Below are positions 17,931-28,342 of a stretch of 64,000 bases of DNA, piece by piece (position 1 is the first letter of the stretch; every line of letters begins with the position of its first letter). The DNA lies in assembly GCA_045644945.1 (NCBI GenBank), contig JAZRHU010000074.1:97-64096 (forward strand), given 5' to 3'. Source of the DNA: Candidatus Fimimonas sp. GTDB taxonomy: Bacteria > Bacillota > Clostridia > Christensenellales > CAG-314. The position numbers and the translations under genes were made by a program. The notes under the pieces are model-generated. The model did not search any database and was not told the DNA's origin. It was given only the letters and a program-made list of their open reading frames with translations.

Positions 17931-18899
17931 CTATTTTTTGTTGTGGTGCTTTGCGATGTCGTACTCGCGGTTGGCAAAGCCCTTGCCGATAACTTCGCGA
18001 ACGTTTTCTACGTAGGCAAATGCATTTGGATCCACCTCGTTGATAACTCTGCGCGCCAAAGTGAGTTGGTTTTTGGCAATTACGCAAAGGATCATTGTCT
18101 TTTCTTGACGGGAAAATCCGCCTGTAACCTTGACGGATGTTGTGCCGTGCTTTAGTTGTGTTTGAAGTGCATCAACCATTTGTTCCGGCTTGTCGGTGGT
18201 GATTTCCAACTCGATTGCGGAGGAAAAACCGCGATAGATACGTTCTTGAACAATTTCGCTAACAAACACCGCTGTTACCGAGTAGACAAGCATGTTGAAT
18301 GCATCACTACCATGACTTGTGTAGCTCCACATTGCTGCAGCACCAAAAGCGATAACGGCAATGTCCACAGCCAAAATGGCACGCATTGCACCGCTACTGC
18401 CCTTGGTTGCGTTGCGACCAACAATAAGACCAACAACGTCGCTACCACCAGTGGAAGCGTTACGGGTGAGCACCAATGGCAAACAAATTCCGCGCAATGC
18501 ACCGCCTACCAAAACGTACACAACCTTGTCCAAATCTTGGCCTTGGTTGATAAACTTGTTGAAGATGTTTGCTACACCCAACAAACGCAACACAATCATG
18601 ATTGTTGCCAAGCTAGAGATGTAGAAAAATGTGCGTTTTGCAAAGGATTTGTTTACTGCAAAAAACAAGTAGATACAAATAGGCAAGTTGATAGCAAACG
18701 TCCACACACCTGCGGAAAGATACCATTTGGAGCTATCCAGCCCTGTAAAAATCATATCCAACACTCCAGAGATACCTGTGGAACTACCTGCAATGCAACC
18801 ACTTGGGAACAAAAATACCTCCAAGGAAATTGCAGATACAAGCGCAGCTACAAATATTACGATAAAATCCAATAGATCACTTTTTCTTTGATTGTTCAT
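17931..18899 (-). CDS. YitT family (DUF161/DUF2179) membrane protein
   Basis: Start moved to ATG 18899 (MNNQRKSDLLDF...). GGSDVVGLIV motif and a C-terminal DUF2179-like domain. Overlaps the upstream paralog by 23 nt. Confidence 0.7.
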   Translation of the reverse strand: MNNQRKSDLLDFIVIFVAALVSAISLEVFLFPSGCIAGSSTGISGVLDMIFTGLDSSKWYLSAGVWTFAINLPICIYLFFAVNKSFAKRTFFYISSLATIMIVLRLLGVANIFNKFINQGQDLDKVVYVLVGGALRGICLPLVLTRNASTGGSDVVGLIVGRNATKGSSGAMRAILAVDIAVIAFGAAAMWSYTSHGSDAFNMLVYSVTAVFVSEIVQERIYRGFSSAIELEITTDKPEQMVDALQTQLKHGTTSVKVTGGFSRQEKTMILCVIAKNQLTLARRVINEVDPNAFAYVENVREVIGKGFANREYDIAKHHNKK

Positions 18900-19839
18900 T
18901 TGTTTTGTAACTCCAGTTGAAAGTTGGACGAGAAAATACGTCGTAGACATCCTTGACGATGGTAAATGCATCGGGGTCGATGTCGGCAATGATTTGTTTG
19001 AGTATTGGCGCTTGCTTGGATTGCACCACAACCACAAGCATCTTGCGAGGGGTGCCATCGTAGCAGTTGTTTGTGTCGGAAATGTTAAGACCGCGCTTGA
19101 ACTTGGCTACAATTGCATCGGTAAGCTGTTGGCTTTTGCCTGTGACGATAAGGAACTTTTGTGGGTTGTTGAATCCACGTTGAAGCATACCCATAAATTC
19201 GCCAGCGATAAGCACAAACAAAAGTGAGTAGGCAATGATCCAAAAACTTTCCCCTTCCACAACCATGATTACCACACCACCAATAATCGTCAAAGCAAAG
19301 TTAAGTATGGTTATCACTTTGGATAAATCCACTTCGGGACGCTTTACGCTGATAACTCTACCAATGATTTCCGTTCCGCCGTTAGATGCATTGTTGACAT
19401 AGGCAACGTACATGCCACTACCTAGTAGCACGCCACCAATGATGGTGGAAATGATGCGCGACTCGGAAAATTGGAAGGTGGGGAACCACTCGGGCAAAAT
19501 AGACATGGCCACAGTGGATACCACAATGGAAAAGATGGTTTTTGCAGTAAAATCGCCACGCAAAAATACCAATGCCAGTATCATGATGGGCACGTTGAAT
19601 GCCATGTACAAAATGGGCATCAGTTGCTCTACTGTGACTGTGTCCACAAAGGAACAAACCACAAAGGAAACCGCACTTGCCACACCTGTGATACCACCAG
19701 CAAAAAGCTTTGTTGGTGTAACAAAGGTGTACATGGAAATTGCAATCAACATCGATGCCACAAACACAGCAAAATATTCAGTTATCCATTTCCAAATACT
19801 CTTTTTGTTTTGCAAAGTTTGCACTCCTAAAACTCGCAA
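18877..19839 (-). CDS. YitT family (DUF161/DUF2179) membrane protein
   Basis: FVTPTKLFAGGITGVASAV, GGTEIIGRVIS. Start uncertain: TTG 19839, or TTG 19815 which sits 7 nt after AGGAG. Confidence 0.7.
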   Translation of the reverse strand: MRVLGVQTLQNKKSIWKWITEYFAVFVASMLIAISMYTFVTPTKLFAGGITGVASAVSFVVCSFVDTVTVEQLMPILYMAFNVPIMILALVFLRGDFTAKTIFSIVVSTVAMSILPEWFPTFQFSESRIISTIIGGVLLGSGMYVAYVNNASNGGTEIIGRVISVKRPEVDLSKVITILNFALTIIGGVVIMVVEGESFWIIAYSLLFVLIAGEFMGMLQRGFNNPQKFLIVTGKSQQLTDAIVAKFKRGLNISDTNNCYDGTPRKMLVVVVQSKQAPILKQIIADIDPDAFTIVKDVYDVFSRPTFNWSYKTNEQSKKK

Positions 19840-20140
19840 TTTTTAGCGAGAAGTTTTACAAGATAAATATTATATTTTATTGCAAAATATGTCAATTAGT
19901 TTGTATGAAATGTTTTTGGAAAAATGAGTTTTTGCAAGAAATCTGCAGTCGAAAATAGAATCCGCACCTACAGTACAACCATTTCGCTTGACAAAGTTAG
20001 TGGCAGTAGACAAACGACCACAAATTGCCCCTGCTATGCAAAGGAATTTTGCTTTGCAACTAGATATGGTTTGTGATGATATCTAGCTTGCCATTTACTC
20101 GCAACGCAAATAAAACTCTACCAAAGCAATGCCATTTGTA

Positions 20141-20182
20141 AAAAACAAAAAACTGCCCAACTTCTTTTGTCGAAGCTGGGCA
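20141..20182 (-). terminator. Rho-independent terminator of the GH2 gene
   Basis: Minus strand TGCCCAGCTTCgacaaaaGAAGTTGGGCA followed by GTTTTTTGTTTTT. Confidence 0.75.
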
Positions 20183-20215
20183 ATATTATTTTTTATCCAA
20201 ATGATTTTGATTTGA

Positions 20216-22486
20216 TTATCTCAAAGATTTTGGTTTGCGGATGCGGTTGAGCTTTTTGTTCATCTTTAAAAGTTCTTCCTTAGTGAAGGTAATGTTTGCC
20301 ATACCAATCATGGAAGCAAGACGAAGCACAGTAAAGCCACCCATCATCTTCATAAGGCTACCGCCAGCGCTCTTGAGGTCAACGCTAAAGCCACCGCCCT
20401 TTTTGCCGTCCTTTTTCTTGCCGGCGTCCATCTTCTTTTTGAGCTTCAAGCCAAGGCCAACAAACCAAAGCTTACCGCGCAAGGACTTCATGATGTCGCT
20501 AATTTTGTCGTTCAAGCTGTAACGTCCTGCAGGAGCATCGATATCGAACCAGTTCAAGATTGCGCCTTGTTCTTTAAGAACGTAGTCTTGGTTCATTTCC
20601 TCTACCTTGCGGATTGTGCCACAGTCTTCCAAATCGCCAGCTTTTGCAACAAGTGTTGTTTCGCCAACGTTAGCTACTTCCCAACGGAAGAAGTGGTCTT
20701 CGGCTTGAACTTTACCAAGGGATACGCCGTTTGCAAACAACTCAACTTCCGGTTGGTTGGAGTAAACTGTAACCTTTGTTACGTCTTCCACGCGGTCGAT
20801 GTAGCGTTTGGAGCAAAGGTGTACAAATGGTTCGTCAGAAAGCCATGCTTTGTAAGCAAAGAAGGAGTCCTTTTTGTACTTGCGGTCCATTGTTACAAGA
20901 CCCTTGTGGTTTTGACCGTTTTCGCCACCTTCGGCACGAGCGTCAGCACCAAAGTCGAACATGTTCCAAACGTGAGTTGCCCACATGTACTTGCGTGTGA
21001 ACAATTGTTTGATAAGTTCTTCGTGGTAGAAGGATTGGTATTCCTCGGTGTAGTCACCTTGGAATGGAGTGGAGCTGTGCCAGTTCAAAGCTTCGCAACC
21101 ATACTCGGAGCAACCAATAGGAATGTTTGGATGCTTAGCATGGAATTTGTCAAACCAAGGGCCGTTCATTGTTGTGTCGCCACCGTACCAACCAAAGTAG
21201 TGGTTGTAGCTTACAACGTCAGGGATTTGAACGTATGGGTCGTCCATACTGCACATAGATACGCAAGCGATTGTTGTAAGACGAGTTTTGTCCATTTCGT
21301 GGCAAAGGTCGTTCAAAATGCGATGGTTTTCCAAAAGGTCTTCGCTAGAACCAGCAATGCTAATTTCGTTGGAAAGTCCCCAAACAACAATACTTGGGTG
21401 GTTGTAGTTTTGTGTTACAAGTTCCTTCATTTGGGAAATTGTGTTTTCGCGACCAGTTGGCATGTGACGGGAAATGTAAGGAATTTCCGCCCAAAGTACA
21501 AGACCCTTTTGGTCACAAAGATCGTAGAAGTATTGATCGTGTTGGTAGTGAGCAAGACGGATTGTTGTTGCACCTACTTCCATGATGAGGTCGATATCTT
21601 CTTCGTGGTGGCAAGGAAGGAGCGCATTACCAACACCAAATCTATCTTGGTGACGGGATACACCGCGAAGTGGGTACTCTTGACCATTCAAAATGAAGCC
21701 GTTTTCTGGATGAATTTCGAATGTACGGCAACCAAATGCAACGTCCAAGTTATCAATCACAGCACCATCACGCAAAATTGCAAGTTTAGCTGTGTAGAGG
21801 TATGGGTCTTTGCGACCATTCCAAAGGTGAACGTTTTCGATATCCAAAGTTTGTGTTGTTTCGCCACTTGTTGCACAAACAACTTCGGCACCTGTTGCAT
21901 CAACAATTTGGTAGGAGATTTGGTCGCCATCTTGGAGGTTTGTTACAAATGTACGAATTTCTACGTGAGCGTTGTCTCCATCAACTGTTGGTGTTACCAT
22001 AACGCCTGGGCCACCGTAGTAGTCGAGGTCGAAGTGAGTGTTGTTTACTGCAACCAAGTTTACGTTACGATACAAACCACCGTAGAAAGTAAAGTCGGCC
22101 ATTTGTGGGTAAACTGTTTCGTTAGGGGAGTTATCCACTACGATTGCAATTTCGCAATTTTCGCCAATGCTGTCCGTCATATCAACACGCCATGTGGAGT
22201 AACCACCATCGTGATGAGCTTTGTGTTCGCCATTGAGGTACACGTCCGCACTAGAGTTTGCGCCACGGATTTCCAAGTAGTAGCGATCTGCTGTTGGCAA
22301 ATCCGCCTTTGCAATTGTCTTTTTGTACAAGCAACTACCACGGAAGTAGTCGTTGCCACCATCGTGACCGTCAACTGCATTCCAAGTGTGTGGAAGAGTT
22401 ACCACTTGCACGTTGTCGTGACCTTCGTGAGTTGCGCAATCTTTGTAAAATTGCCAGTTTTCGTTGAGGGAAAGAATCTTTCTCAT
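20216..22486 (-). CDS. Glycoside hydrolase family 2 (beta-galactosidase/beta-glucuronidase-like)
   Basis: Start at ATG 22486 after GGAGG. LNENWQF, NHPSIVVWGLSNE, GH2 TIM-barrel and sugar-binding signatures. Confidence 0.85.
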   Translation of the reverse strand: MRKILSLNENWQFYKDCATHEGHDNVQVVTLPHTWNAVDGHDGGNDYFRGSCLYKKTIAKADLPTADRYYLEIRGANSSADVYLNGEHKAHHDGGYSTWRVDMTDSIGENCEIAIVVDNSPNETVYPQMADFTFYGGLYRNVNLVAVNNTHFDLDYYGGPGVMVTPTVDGDNAHVEIRTFVTNLQDGDQISYQIVDATGAEVVCATSGETTQTLDIENVHLWNGRKDPYLYTAKLAILRDGAVIDNLDVAFGCRTFEIHPENGFILNGQEYPLRGVSRHQDRFGVGNALLPCHHEEDIDLIMEVGATTIRLAHYQHDQYFYDLCDQKGLVLWAEIPYISRHMPTGRENTISQMKELVTQNYNHPSIVVWGLSNEISIAGSSEDLLENHRILNDLCHEMDKTRLTTIACVSMCSMDDPYVQIPDVVSYNHYFGWYGGDTTMNGPWFDKFHAKHPNIPIGCSEYGCEALNWHSSTPFQGDYTEEYQSFYHEELIKQLFTRKYMWATHVWNMFDFGADARAEGGENGQNHKGLVTMDRKYKKDSFFAYKAWLSDEPFVHLCSKRYIDRVEDVTKVTVYSNQPEVELFANGVSLGKVQAEDHFFRWEVANVGETTLVAKAGDLEDCGTIRKVEEMNQDYVLKEQGAILNWFDIDAPAGRYSLNDKISDIMKSLRGKLWFVGLGLKLKKKMDAGKKKDGKKGGGFSVDLKSAGGSLMKMMGGFTVLRLASMIGMANITFTKEELLKMNKKLNRIRKPKSLR

Positions 22487-22790
22487 TGTTGCCTCCAAGT
22501 AAGTTTTATGGTAAATTTTGTTTTAAAGCCGTTTGTTATTATAACTTATATCAAAAACATTGTCAACACCCGTAAAAACTGTTTTTTGCAAAAAAAGGCA
22601 CAATAGCGCTTTTTGTAGGGCAAATTGCAAGCTTTGCAATACCTTTTTTGCCACTATTGCTTTGGTGCAAAATTGTATCCATCAAAGCGATTGTCCCAAC
22701 AAAGTTATACATTTGTGGTGCAAATGGCATCTTAGAGGGCAAAAAACTTAAAATTGATTGAAAATTCGCTGACATTTTGTTTTATTGCTA

Positions 22791-22819
22791 TTGACTAAAT
22801 TTCTATAAAATGATACACT
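22791..22819 (+). promoter_or_regulatory. sigma-A type promoter of the symporter gene
   Basis: TTGACT, 17-nt spacer, TACACT. Confidence 0.5.
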
Positions 22820-22861
22820 AGTTGATGGCTGTAAAAAATACAAATAACTTAGGAGGAAATT

Positions 22862-24532
22862 ATGGCTAAGAAAGAAATCGCGCTCGACGCAAACGGAAAG
22901 CGCAAATTTGGTATCCGCGATAAGCTTGCTTACGCAGCAGGCGATGCCGCATGTGGCCTCAGCTTTGGTCTCAAGGGTACTGTACAAACATTTTGGCTTG
23001 TTTTCATGATGATGGAAACTGGCTTGTTCTCAATCCTTTTGTTGATTGTTCAAGCATGGGATGCTATCAACGACACTCTCATTGGTACAATGATTGACAG
23101 CGACCAAAAGAAATACAAACTTGGTAAGTACAAAACATACATACTTATCGGTGCAATCGGCCTTGTTGTAGGCGGTGCTGCAGTATTCCTTCCATTCCCT
23201 GATGCGGACGTTGTTGTAAAAGCAGTTTTGTTTGTTGTGGGCTACATCATTTGGGATGCTGCTTACACATTTGCAAACGTTCCTTACGGCACAATGCTCA
23301 ACCTTGTAACAAACGACGACCAAGAAAGGGCTTCTCTTTCCGTATTCCGTTCTATCGGTGGCGCGGTTGGTAACATGCTTCCTGGTATGATCCTTCCAAT
23401 GCTCATTTGGGAAAAGATCACTTGGACAAAAGATGGCGTAAATGCTTTTTGGGATAAGATTGCTCCAACATTGCCAACTGACCAAAATGGTAACCTCACT
23501 CTTACACCAGACGACTTTACACACGTTCCAAACAACAGCGTTATCTTCCCAGGAACAAACGGTGGCCCAGTTGCCGGTGCTCCATACAATCCTGGTGACA
23601 AAGTTTTCAGTCCTTTGACTGGTGCTCAACTTGAAATTCTCCAAGGTAACAAAGTATTTTGGGCAGCTTTGATCATGGGTGTTTTGGCATTGGGTTTCTT
23701 CTTGTTCATGCTCAAGTTCATCACAATTCGTGGTAACGAATACCAAAAGCTCAACGAAAGCGAAGGCGGAAAAGTTAACATCTTCAAGTCCTTTGGCACA
23801 TTCATGAAAAACCGTCCTGCAGTTGGTTGCACAATCTCCGCTATGGGTATGTTCATTGGTATGCAATCCGCTACAACAGCTAACACAATCATGTTTGCTA
23901 CACACTTTGGTAACGCAAGCATGTCTGGTCTTGTACAAATGGTAGGTTTCTTGCCAATGTTCATCTTTATGCCTATGGCTACAAAGCTTGTAAAGAAGTA
24001 CGGCAAAAAAGAAGTTGCTTCCATCGGCTCCATTGCTGGTCTTGTTGGTGGCGCGATTCTCATGTTGTTCCCACTTATGCCAAAGAACGCACAACTCATC
24101 GTTTACATGATTGGTCTTGTATTCTTCGGTCTTGGTATGGGCTTCTACAACTGCGTATCTTGGGCTATGATGGGTGACGCAATCGACTACCAAGAATGGA
24201 AAACAGGCAAGCGCGAAGAAAGCGTTGTATATGCTCTTCACTCCTTCTTCCGTAAGCTCGCTCAAGGCGTAGGCCCTGCTGCTGTTATCGCAATCATGGG
24301 TACAAAGTTGATTGGTTACGAAGAAACTCTTGGTACAATCGGTCAATCCGCACAAACAGCTCAAAACTTGTGCTGGCTTGTTGCTATCCTCTACACAATC
24401 AGTGCAGTTTCTCAATTTGTGGGCGTTGCTCTCATTTACAACCTCGACAAGAAAACTCTTGCAACAATGAAGAGCGACCTTGCTGCTCGTCACACAGGCG
24501 AACAACCAAGCGAAACTCCTGTTGAAGCGTAA
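22862..24532 (+). CDS. Glycoside-pentoside-hexuronide (GPH):cation symporter family transporter
   Basis: SD AGGAGG. N-terminal RDKLAYAAGDAACGLSF is typical of MelB/UidB-type GPH. 12 TM with a large central loop. Confidence 0.75.
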   Translation: MAKKEIALDANGKRKFGIRDKLAYAAGDAACGLSFGLKGTVQTFWLVFMMMETGLFSILLLIVQAWDAINDTLIGTMIDSDQKKYKLGKYKTYILIGAIGLVVGGAAVFLPFPDADVVVKAVLFVVGYIIWDAAYTFANVPYGTMLNLVTNDDQERASLSVFRSIGGAVGNMLPGMILPMLIWEKITWTKDGVNAFWDKIAPTLPTDQNGNLTLTPDDFTHVPNNSVIFPGTNGGPVAGAPYNPGDKVFSPLTGAQLEILQGNKVFWAALIMGVLALGFFLFMLKFITIRGNEYQKLNESEGGKVNIFKSFGTFMKNRPAVGCTISAMGMFIGMQSATTANTIMFATHFGNASMSGLVQMVGFLPMFIFMPMATKLVKKYGKKEVASIGSIAGLVGGAILMLFPLMPKNAQLIVYMIGLVFFGLGMGFYNCVSWAMMGDAIDYQEWKTGKREESVVYALHSFFRKLAQGVGPAAVIAIMGTKLIGYEETLGTIGQSAQTAQNLCWLVAILYTISAVSQFVGVALIYNLDKKTLATMKSDLAARHTGEQPSETPVEA

Positions 24533-24566
24533 TTAGCTGATAATTTCTAACTACAAGTCAAACAAA

Positions 24567-24593
24567 GGGATGCAAAATTGCATCCCTTTTTTT
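24567..24593 (+). terminator. Rho-independent terminator
   Basis: GGGATGCAaaatTGCATCCC followed by TTTTTTT. Confidence 0.85.
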
Positions 24594-24616
24594 GTTGCCT
24601 TTTTACAAAATAGCTG

Positions 24617-24645
24617 TTGCAAAATGCGTTGGGGTATTGTATAAT
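24617..24645 (+). promoter_or_regulatory. sigma-A type promoter
   Basis: TTGCAA, 17-nt spacer, TATAAT. Confidence 0.6.
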
Positions 24646-24691
24646 TACAGTACAAACATCTTTACCCAAGCTTTGTTTTGTGAGGTTTTTT

Positions 24692-25417
24692 ATGAAAGGT
24701 TGCAAGGCATTACAAATAGTTTTTGGCACCCTGTGTGCTATTTTGACAGTTGCAGTTGGCTTGACGGCTGTGATGTTGTTTTTGCCCTACTTGGAGGTTG
24801 AACTAAACATCGACCTGTTTGCCACCATGTCCGAGGGTGTGGACACCATTGCTAAAACTCTTGACTTGGCCGACCAAAGTTGGGTTGTGATTTGCATCAT
24901 GTTTGTTTTGCCAACGTTGTTGCTTGTTTTGGCAACTTGCTTGCTACTTCGTGGCAAAAAGGAAGGTAGCCTTGTTGCGGGTAGTGTTTTAGCAACATTT
25001 TCCACAGTGTTTGTTTGCATTGTGTTAGCGATGTTTTCCAAACAACTGTTTGCCAACATGCAAACAACCTTTGTTTTGATTGCAGTTGGTATTGCCGTGG
25101 TTTGCACGCTTTTGTACTGCTTGACAATTTACGCAGTAAGACGCGCCAGCCAACCTACCTCCACACCCGTTGTTGAGCCCACAGAGCCCAACACCGACCA
25201 AGACAACGACACCACAAGCCAAGATGAAGATACAACGTACATACCAAGCGACTCTGTTACTGTTAGCCAAGTGGCCGATCAAACGTACGAACAAAGCGAT
25301 GTTTTGCCACCAAACGTGCTTGCCAAATTGAAGCTGGTGCGCGATCTTTACGAAAAAGGCGCATTGACGGAGGAAGAGTACCTCGCACTTGTAAACAAGT
25401 ACATAAATCAAAAGTAG
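24692..25417 (+). CDS. Membrane protein with C-terminal SHOCT domain
   Basis: Start at ATG 24692 (MKGCKALQ). About 5 TM, an acidic T/D/P linker, then LKLVRDLYEKGALTEEEYLALVNKYI (SHOCT-like). Confidence 0.6.
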   Translation: MKGCKALQIVFGTLCAILTVAVGLTAVMLFLPYLEVELNIDLFATMSEGVDTIAKTLDLADQSWVVICIMFVLPTLLLVLATCLLLRGKKEGSLVAGSVLATFSTVFVCIVLAMFSKQLFANMQTTFVLIAVGIAVVCTLLYCLTIYAVRRASQPTSTPVVEPTEPNTDQDNDTTSQDEDTTYIPSDSVTVSQVADQTYEQSDVLPPNVLAKLKLVRDLYEKGALTEEEYLALVNKYINQK

Positions 25418-25433
25418 CTTATATCACGAAAAC

Positions 25434-25468
25434 AAAAAAAGCTCAACCGAGATGGTTGAGCATTTTTT
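25434..25468. terminator. Bidirectional terminator
   Basis: AAAAAAA-GCTCAACCgagatGGTTGAGC-ATTTTTT. Confidence 0.85.
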
Positions 25469-25979
25469 ATTTTTTGCCGTAGGGCTTTTTGAATCGAGGA
25501 TTGTTCAAAATTTCTCCAAGGACAAGGCTCTTGCGAATTACATCCATGTTGTACGCTTGGCCATCGTCCTCCGTTTCGTACATCAAATCGGTGGCAATCA
25601 AGCGCACACCGTTGAGTTCGTCGCAACCTTCGTCACTTACAGCACCAAGGGAGCCAACAATTGGATCGTAGGTTTCCGCACTGCCACCATGACCATGATC
25701 ATCAAAGGTGATTGTGGATGTTGTTGCCGTTGTACCATTGCGTTGTGCCGCCTTGCGCTTGTTGTTTTCCAAATAGCGACTTTGCGTGGGCGTTAGTTGA
25801 CCTTTGGCATTGGGATGGAGAAATTCCTCATCGCGCTGTTGTGGCGGATTTTTGTAGGCGTTTTCCTTGGCTTTTGCAATAACCGTACCGATGATTATCA
25901 GCATGACAATCAAGAAGAAAACAATACCAACAAAAGCTTCCAATTCTTCTTCAGCCACGGCACAGAGGAAGTTTAGCAT
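25467..25979 (-). CDS. Hypothetical single-TM protein downstream of floA
   Basis: Occupies the position that yqfB holds in Bacillus (nfeD-floA-yqfB). No motif recognised. Confidence 0.5.
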   Translation of the reverse strand: MLNFLCAVAEEELEAFVGIVFFLIVMLIIIGTVIAKAKENAYKNPPQQRDEEFLHPNAKGQLTPTQSRYLENNKRKAAQRNGTTATTSTITFDDHGHGGSAETYDPIVGSLGAVSDEGCDELNGVRLIATDLMYETEDDGQAYNMDVIRKSLVLGEILNNPRFKKPYGKK

Positions 25980-25991
25980 AGACGTGGTCTC

Positions 25992-27026
25992 CTATTTTTT
26001 GCCTTTGTCGCCAGTGCCTGCACCTGCACCACCTGCTGGAGCATCGCCTGTGCCGGAGATTGCTTGGCGCATAGCTGTGTCAGCTTGGATATTTTGAAGT
26101 TGGTAGTAGTCCATAATGCCAAGACGACCAGAGCGAAGTGCCTCTGCCATGGCGCGTGGGATTTCCGCTTCCGCTTCGATAACCTTTGCACGCATTTCTT
26201 GAGTCATAGCGCGCATTTCTTGTTCGGTAGCAACGGCCATTGCACGACGTTCTTCCGCTGCAGCTTGAGCAATGCGCTTGTCTGCTTCCGCTTGGTCCAT
26301 TTGAAGTTGTGCACCGATGTTACGGCCAACGTCTACGTCAGCAATGTCGATGGACAAAATTTCGTATGCTGTACCAGCATCGAGGCCCTTTTTCAATACT
26401 GTCTTGGAGATAAGGTCGGGGTTTTCCAAAACTTCTTTGTGAGTTTCCGCAGAACCAACAGTTGTTACGATACCTTCGCCAACGCGGGCAATGATTGTTT
26501 CTTCGCCTGCACCACCAATAAGGCGAGCAATGTTAGCACGAACTGTTACACGAGCTTTAACGCGGAGCTCGATACCATTTTTAGCAATTGCGGAAATGAT
26601 TGGTGTTTCGATAACCTTTGGGTTAACGGACACTTTAACGGCGTTAAGTACGTCACGACCAGCAAGGTCGATTGCCTTTGCACTTGGCAAGGAAAGGTCG
26701 ATGTTGGCGCTGTGTGCGGAAATGAGGGCGTTTACAACGTTGGAAACGTTACCGCCTGCCATAACGTGGCTTTCCAATTCGCCGATATCAATGTTAAGAC
26801 CAGCTTTGCGCGCACGAATGTACACGTCAACAAGCATCTTGTACTTGATACGGCGCATCTTCATACCAACAAGACGGCCCATGGATACGCGCGCACCGCT
26901 GATTGCTGCGATAAACCAAGTACCAATTGGGAAAAATGCCAACAAAATGATGACAATAACTGCTACAACACCAGCAATGATAAGTGGAGTTGTGGGATCA
27001 TCAAAAGCTAAAAACAAATTGAGCAT
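25992..27026 (-). CDS. floA: Flotillin-like protein FloA (UPF0365/YqfA)
   Basis: [23 protein letters not shown]...[20 protein letters not shown] is the characteristic FloA N-terminus. Confidence 0.9.
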   Translation of the reverse strand: MLNLFLAFDDPTTPLIIAGVVAVIVIILLAFFPIGTWFIAAISGARVSMGRLVGMKMRRIKYKMLVDVYIRARKAGLNIDIGELESHVMAGGNVSNVVNALISAHSANIDLSLPSAKAIDLAGRDVLNAVKVSVNPKVIETPIISAIAKNGIELRVKARVTVRANIARLIGGAGEETIIARVGEGIVTTVGSAETHKEVLENPDLISKTVLKKGLDAGTAYEILSIDIADVDVGRNIGAQLQMDQAEADKRIAQAAAEERRAMAVATEQEMRAMTQEMRAKVIEAEAEIPRAMAEALRSGRLGIMDYYQLQNIQADTAMRQAISGTGDAPAGGAGAGTGDKGKK

Positions 27027-27031
27027 AATAG

Positions 27032-27589
27032 TTAGTCCTCCTGTATTTCAATTACTTCAATTTTTTGTCCTTCTACTGCAATTACTTGCACTTGTTTGCC
27101 CTTTTCGATAAAACCATCGCGGGCCACGATATCTAGCACTTTGCCATCAAACATTGCCTTGCCGATGGGGCGCAAAACTGTTTGAGTTGTGCCCACCGCA
27201 TGCAGGAATGTGGAAAAATCCTTGGTGCCTTCCGTTTTGTCTTCCGATACGGCAATATCGCTGTGGAAGATGGAGTTTTTGACGGTGGACCCTTTTTTGA
27301 TAACCTTTGAGGCTATCACAAAAAGTATAATTAGCAACACCGCAAAAATAAGCACCATGTAAAGTAGCATCCAAGCATCTCCGCCGGTAGCCAAGCGAAT
27401 GATCATGCCTATTACAATCATCGCCGTGCCGGAAATGCCAAAGAATCCAAATCCTGGCATGAACACTTCGATTATGAGAAAGATGATACCAAGCACAAAC
27501 AAACCAATGCACCATGGGTTCATGTCGGTAAACAACTTGGCAAAGCTAGAATCGGCAAAACTGTTTGCCAATAACATTAGTTGATTCAT
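27032..27589 (-). CDS. nfeD: NfeD family membrane protein
   Basis: Three or four TM helices plus a C-terminal OB-like domain ([33 protein letters not shown]); precedes floA. Confidence 0.75.
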   Translation of the reverse strand: MNQLMLLANSFADSSFAKLFTDMNPWCIGLFVLGIIFLIIEVFMPGFGFFGISGTAMIVIGMIIRLATGGDAWMLLYMVLIFAVLLIILFVIASKVIKKGSTVKNSIFHSDIAVSEDKTEGTKDFSTFLHAVGTTQTVLRPIGKAMFDGKVLDIVARDGFIEKGKQVQVIAVEGQKIEVIEIQED

Positions 27590-27723
27590 TTTTACTTCCT
27601 TTTTTAATTTTGTGTGTATATCTCAATGGATATACCATTTTTTTATCTTGTTGCAAAATATACCCTTTGATAGTATATTTTTGTTTTGCAACAATATTAG
27701 CCATTGTTTGTTGCAGTTGTTAA

Positions 27724-27760
27724 CAAAAATGCTTGCAGAAGCATACTACCCCTGCAAGCA
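27724..27760 (-). terminator. Rho-independent terminator of hpf
   Basis: Minus strand TGCTTGCAGgggtagtatgcttCTGCAAGCA followed by TTTTTG. Confidence 0.65.
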
Positions 27761-27811
27761 ATGTTAGCTTTTATTTGATTACAACCATCAACCTAGGGGT
27801 AAAGCTGTGTT

Positions 27812-28342
27812 TTAGATTAGTGGTTGAAGTAGACCAATTGTTCCGTCCTTACGGCGGTAGACAATTTCCACATTGTCGTTTGCATCATTAACAAACACGT
27901 AGAAGTCGTGATCCAACATTTCCAAATTTTCCACAGCTTCCTCGGGGGTCATGCGTGTAACTTCGAAGGACTTAACCTTGGTGATTTCCAACTGACCTCT
28001 TGGTTCCACATCGGAAACAAATTCGAATTCGTTGGGAACTTCGGGCATCTTGTGGGATTTGGACAATTTGTCGCGATGCTTGATGATTTGACGTTCGATC
28101 TTTGGCAAACATGTATCAATGTTGTAGTACATTGTGTCGCCGGACACTTCCGCACGAATGTAGTTGCCGTGGTAGTTGATGGCAATTTCCATTTTGCAAC
28201 TGCGTCCTTGGTCTGTCAAAACAATCTTGCAGGGGGTGTTGCTATCTGGGAAATACTTGTCCAAACGTCTGGTCTTGGAAACCAAAATTTGCTCAAGTCT
28301 GTCCGTAACATGATAGTTTTTGGTTACAATTTCGAGTTTCAT
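27812..28342 (-). CDS. hpf: Ribosome hibernation-promoting factor, long form
   Basis: Start at ATG 28342 after GGAGG. MKLEIVTKNYHVTDRLEQ...LDKYF, C-terminal dimerisation domain DHDFYVFVN...VYRRKDG. Confidence 0.85.
   Translation of the reverse strand: MKLEIVTKNYHVTDRLEQILVSKTRRLDKYFPDSNTPCKIVLTDQGRSCKMEIAINYHGNYIRAEVSGDTMYYNIDTCLPKIERQIIKHRDKLSKSHKMPEVPNEFEFVSDVEPRGQLEITKVKSFEVTRMTPEEAVENLEMLDHDFYVFVNDANDNVEIVYRRKDGTIGLLQPLI

Noticed and set aside
20567-22606. 679-aa ORF antisense to the GH2 gene. Similar long antisense ORFs occur at 23030-24505, 26064-27011, 51816-53045, 54689-56398, 61903-63225, 10234-10932, 15699-16355, 36454-37185, 45685-46317 and 18156-18875.
   Set aside because: The opposite strand encodes clearly recognisable proteins in every case (GH2, GPH, FloA, DnaK, Tig and others). 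The antisense translations are low-complexity and Cys/Val/Phe-rich. They are explained by sense-strand codon bias that avoids TTA/CTA/TCA, which removes stop codons from the antisense frame.
22623-22639. ATTGCAA-gct-TTGCAAT inverted repeat as an operator in the GH2/GPH divergent region
   Set aside because: TTGCAA is itself a palindromic hexamer that is very common in this genome's intergenic DNA, where it serves as a -35-like element, so paired copies arise easily. There is no regulator gene nearby and no resemblance to LacI or cre consensus sites.
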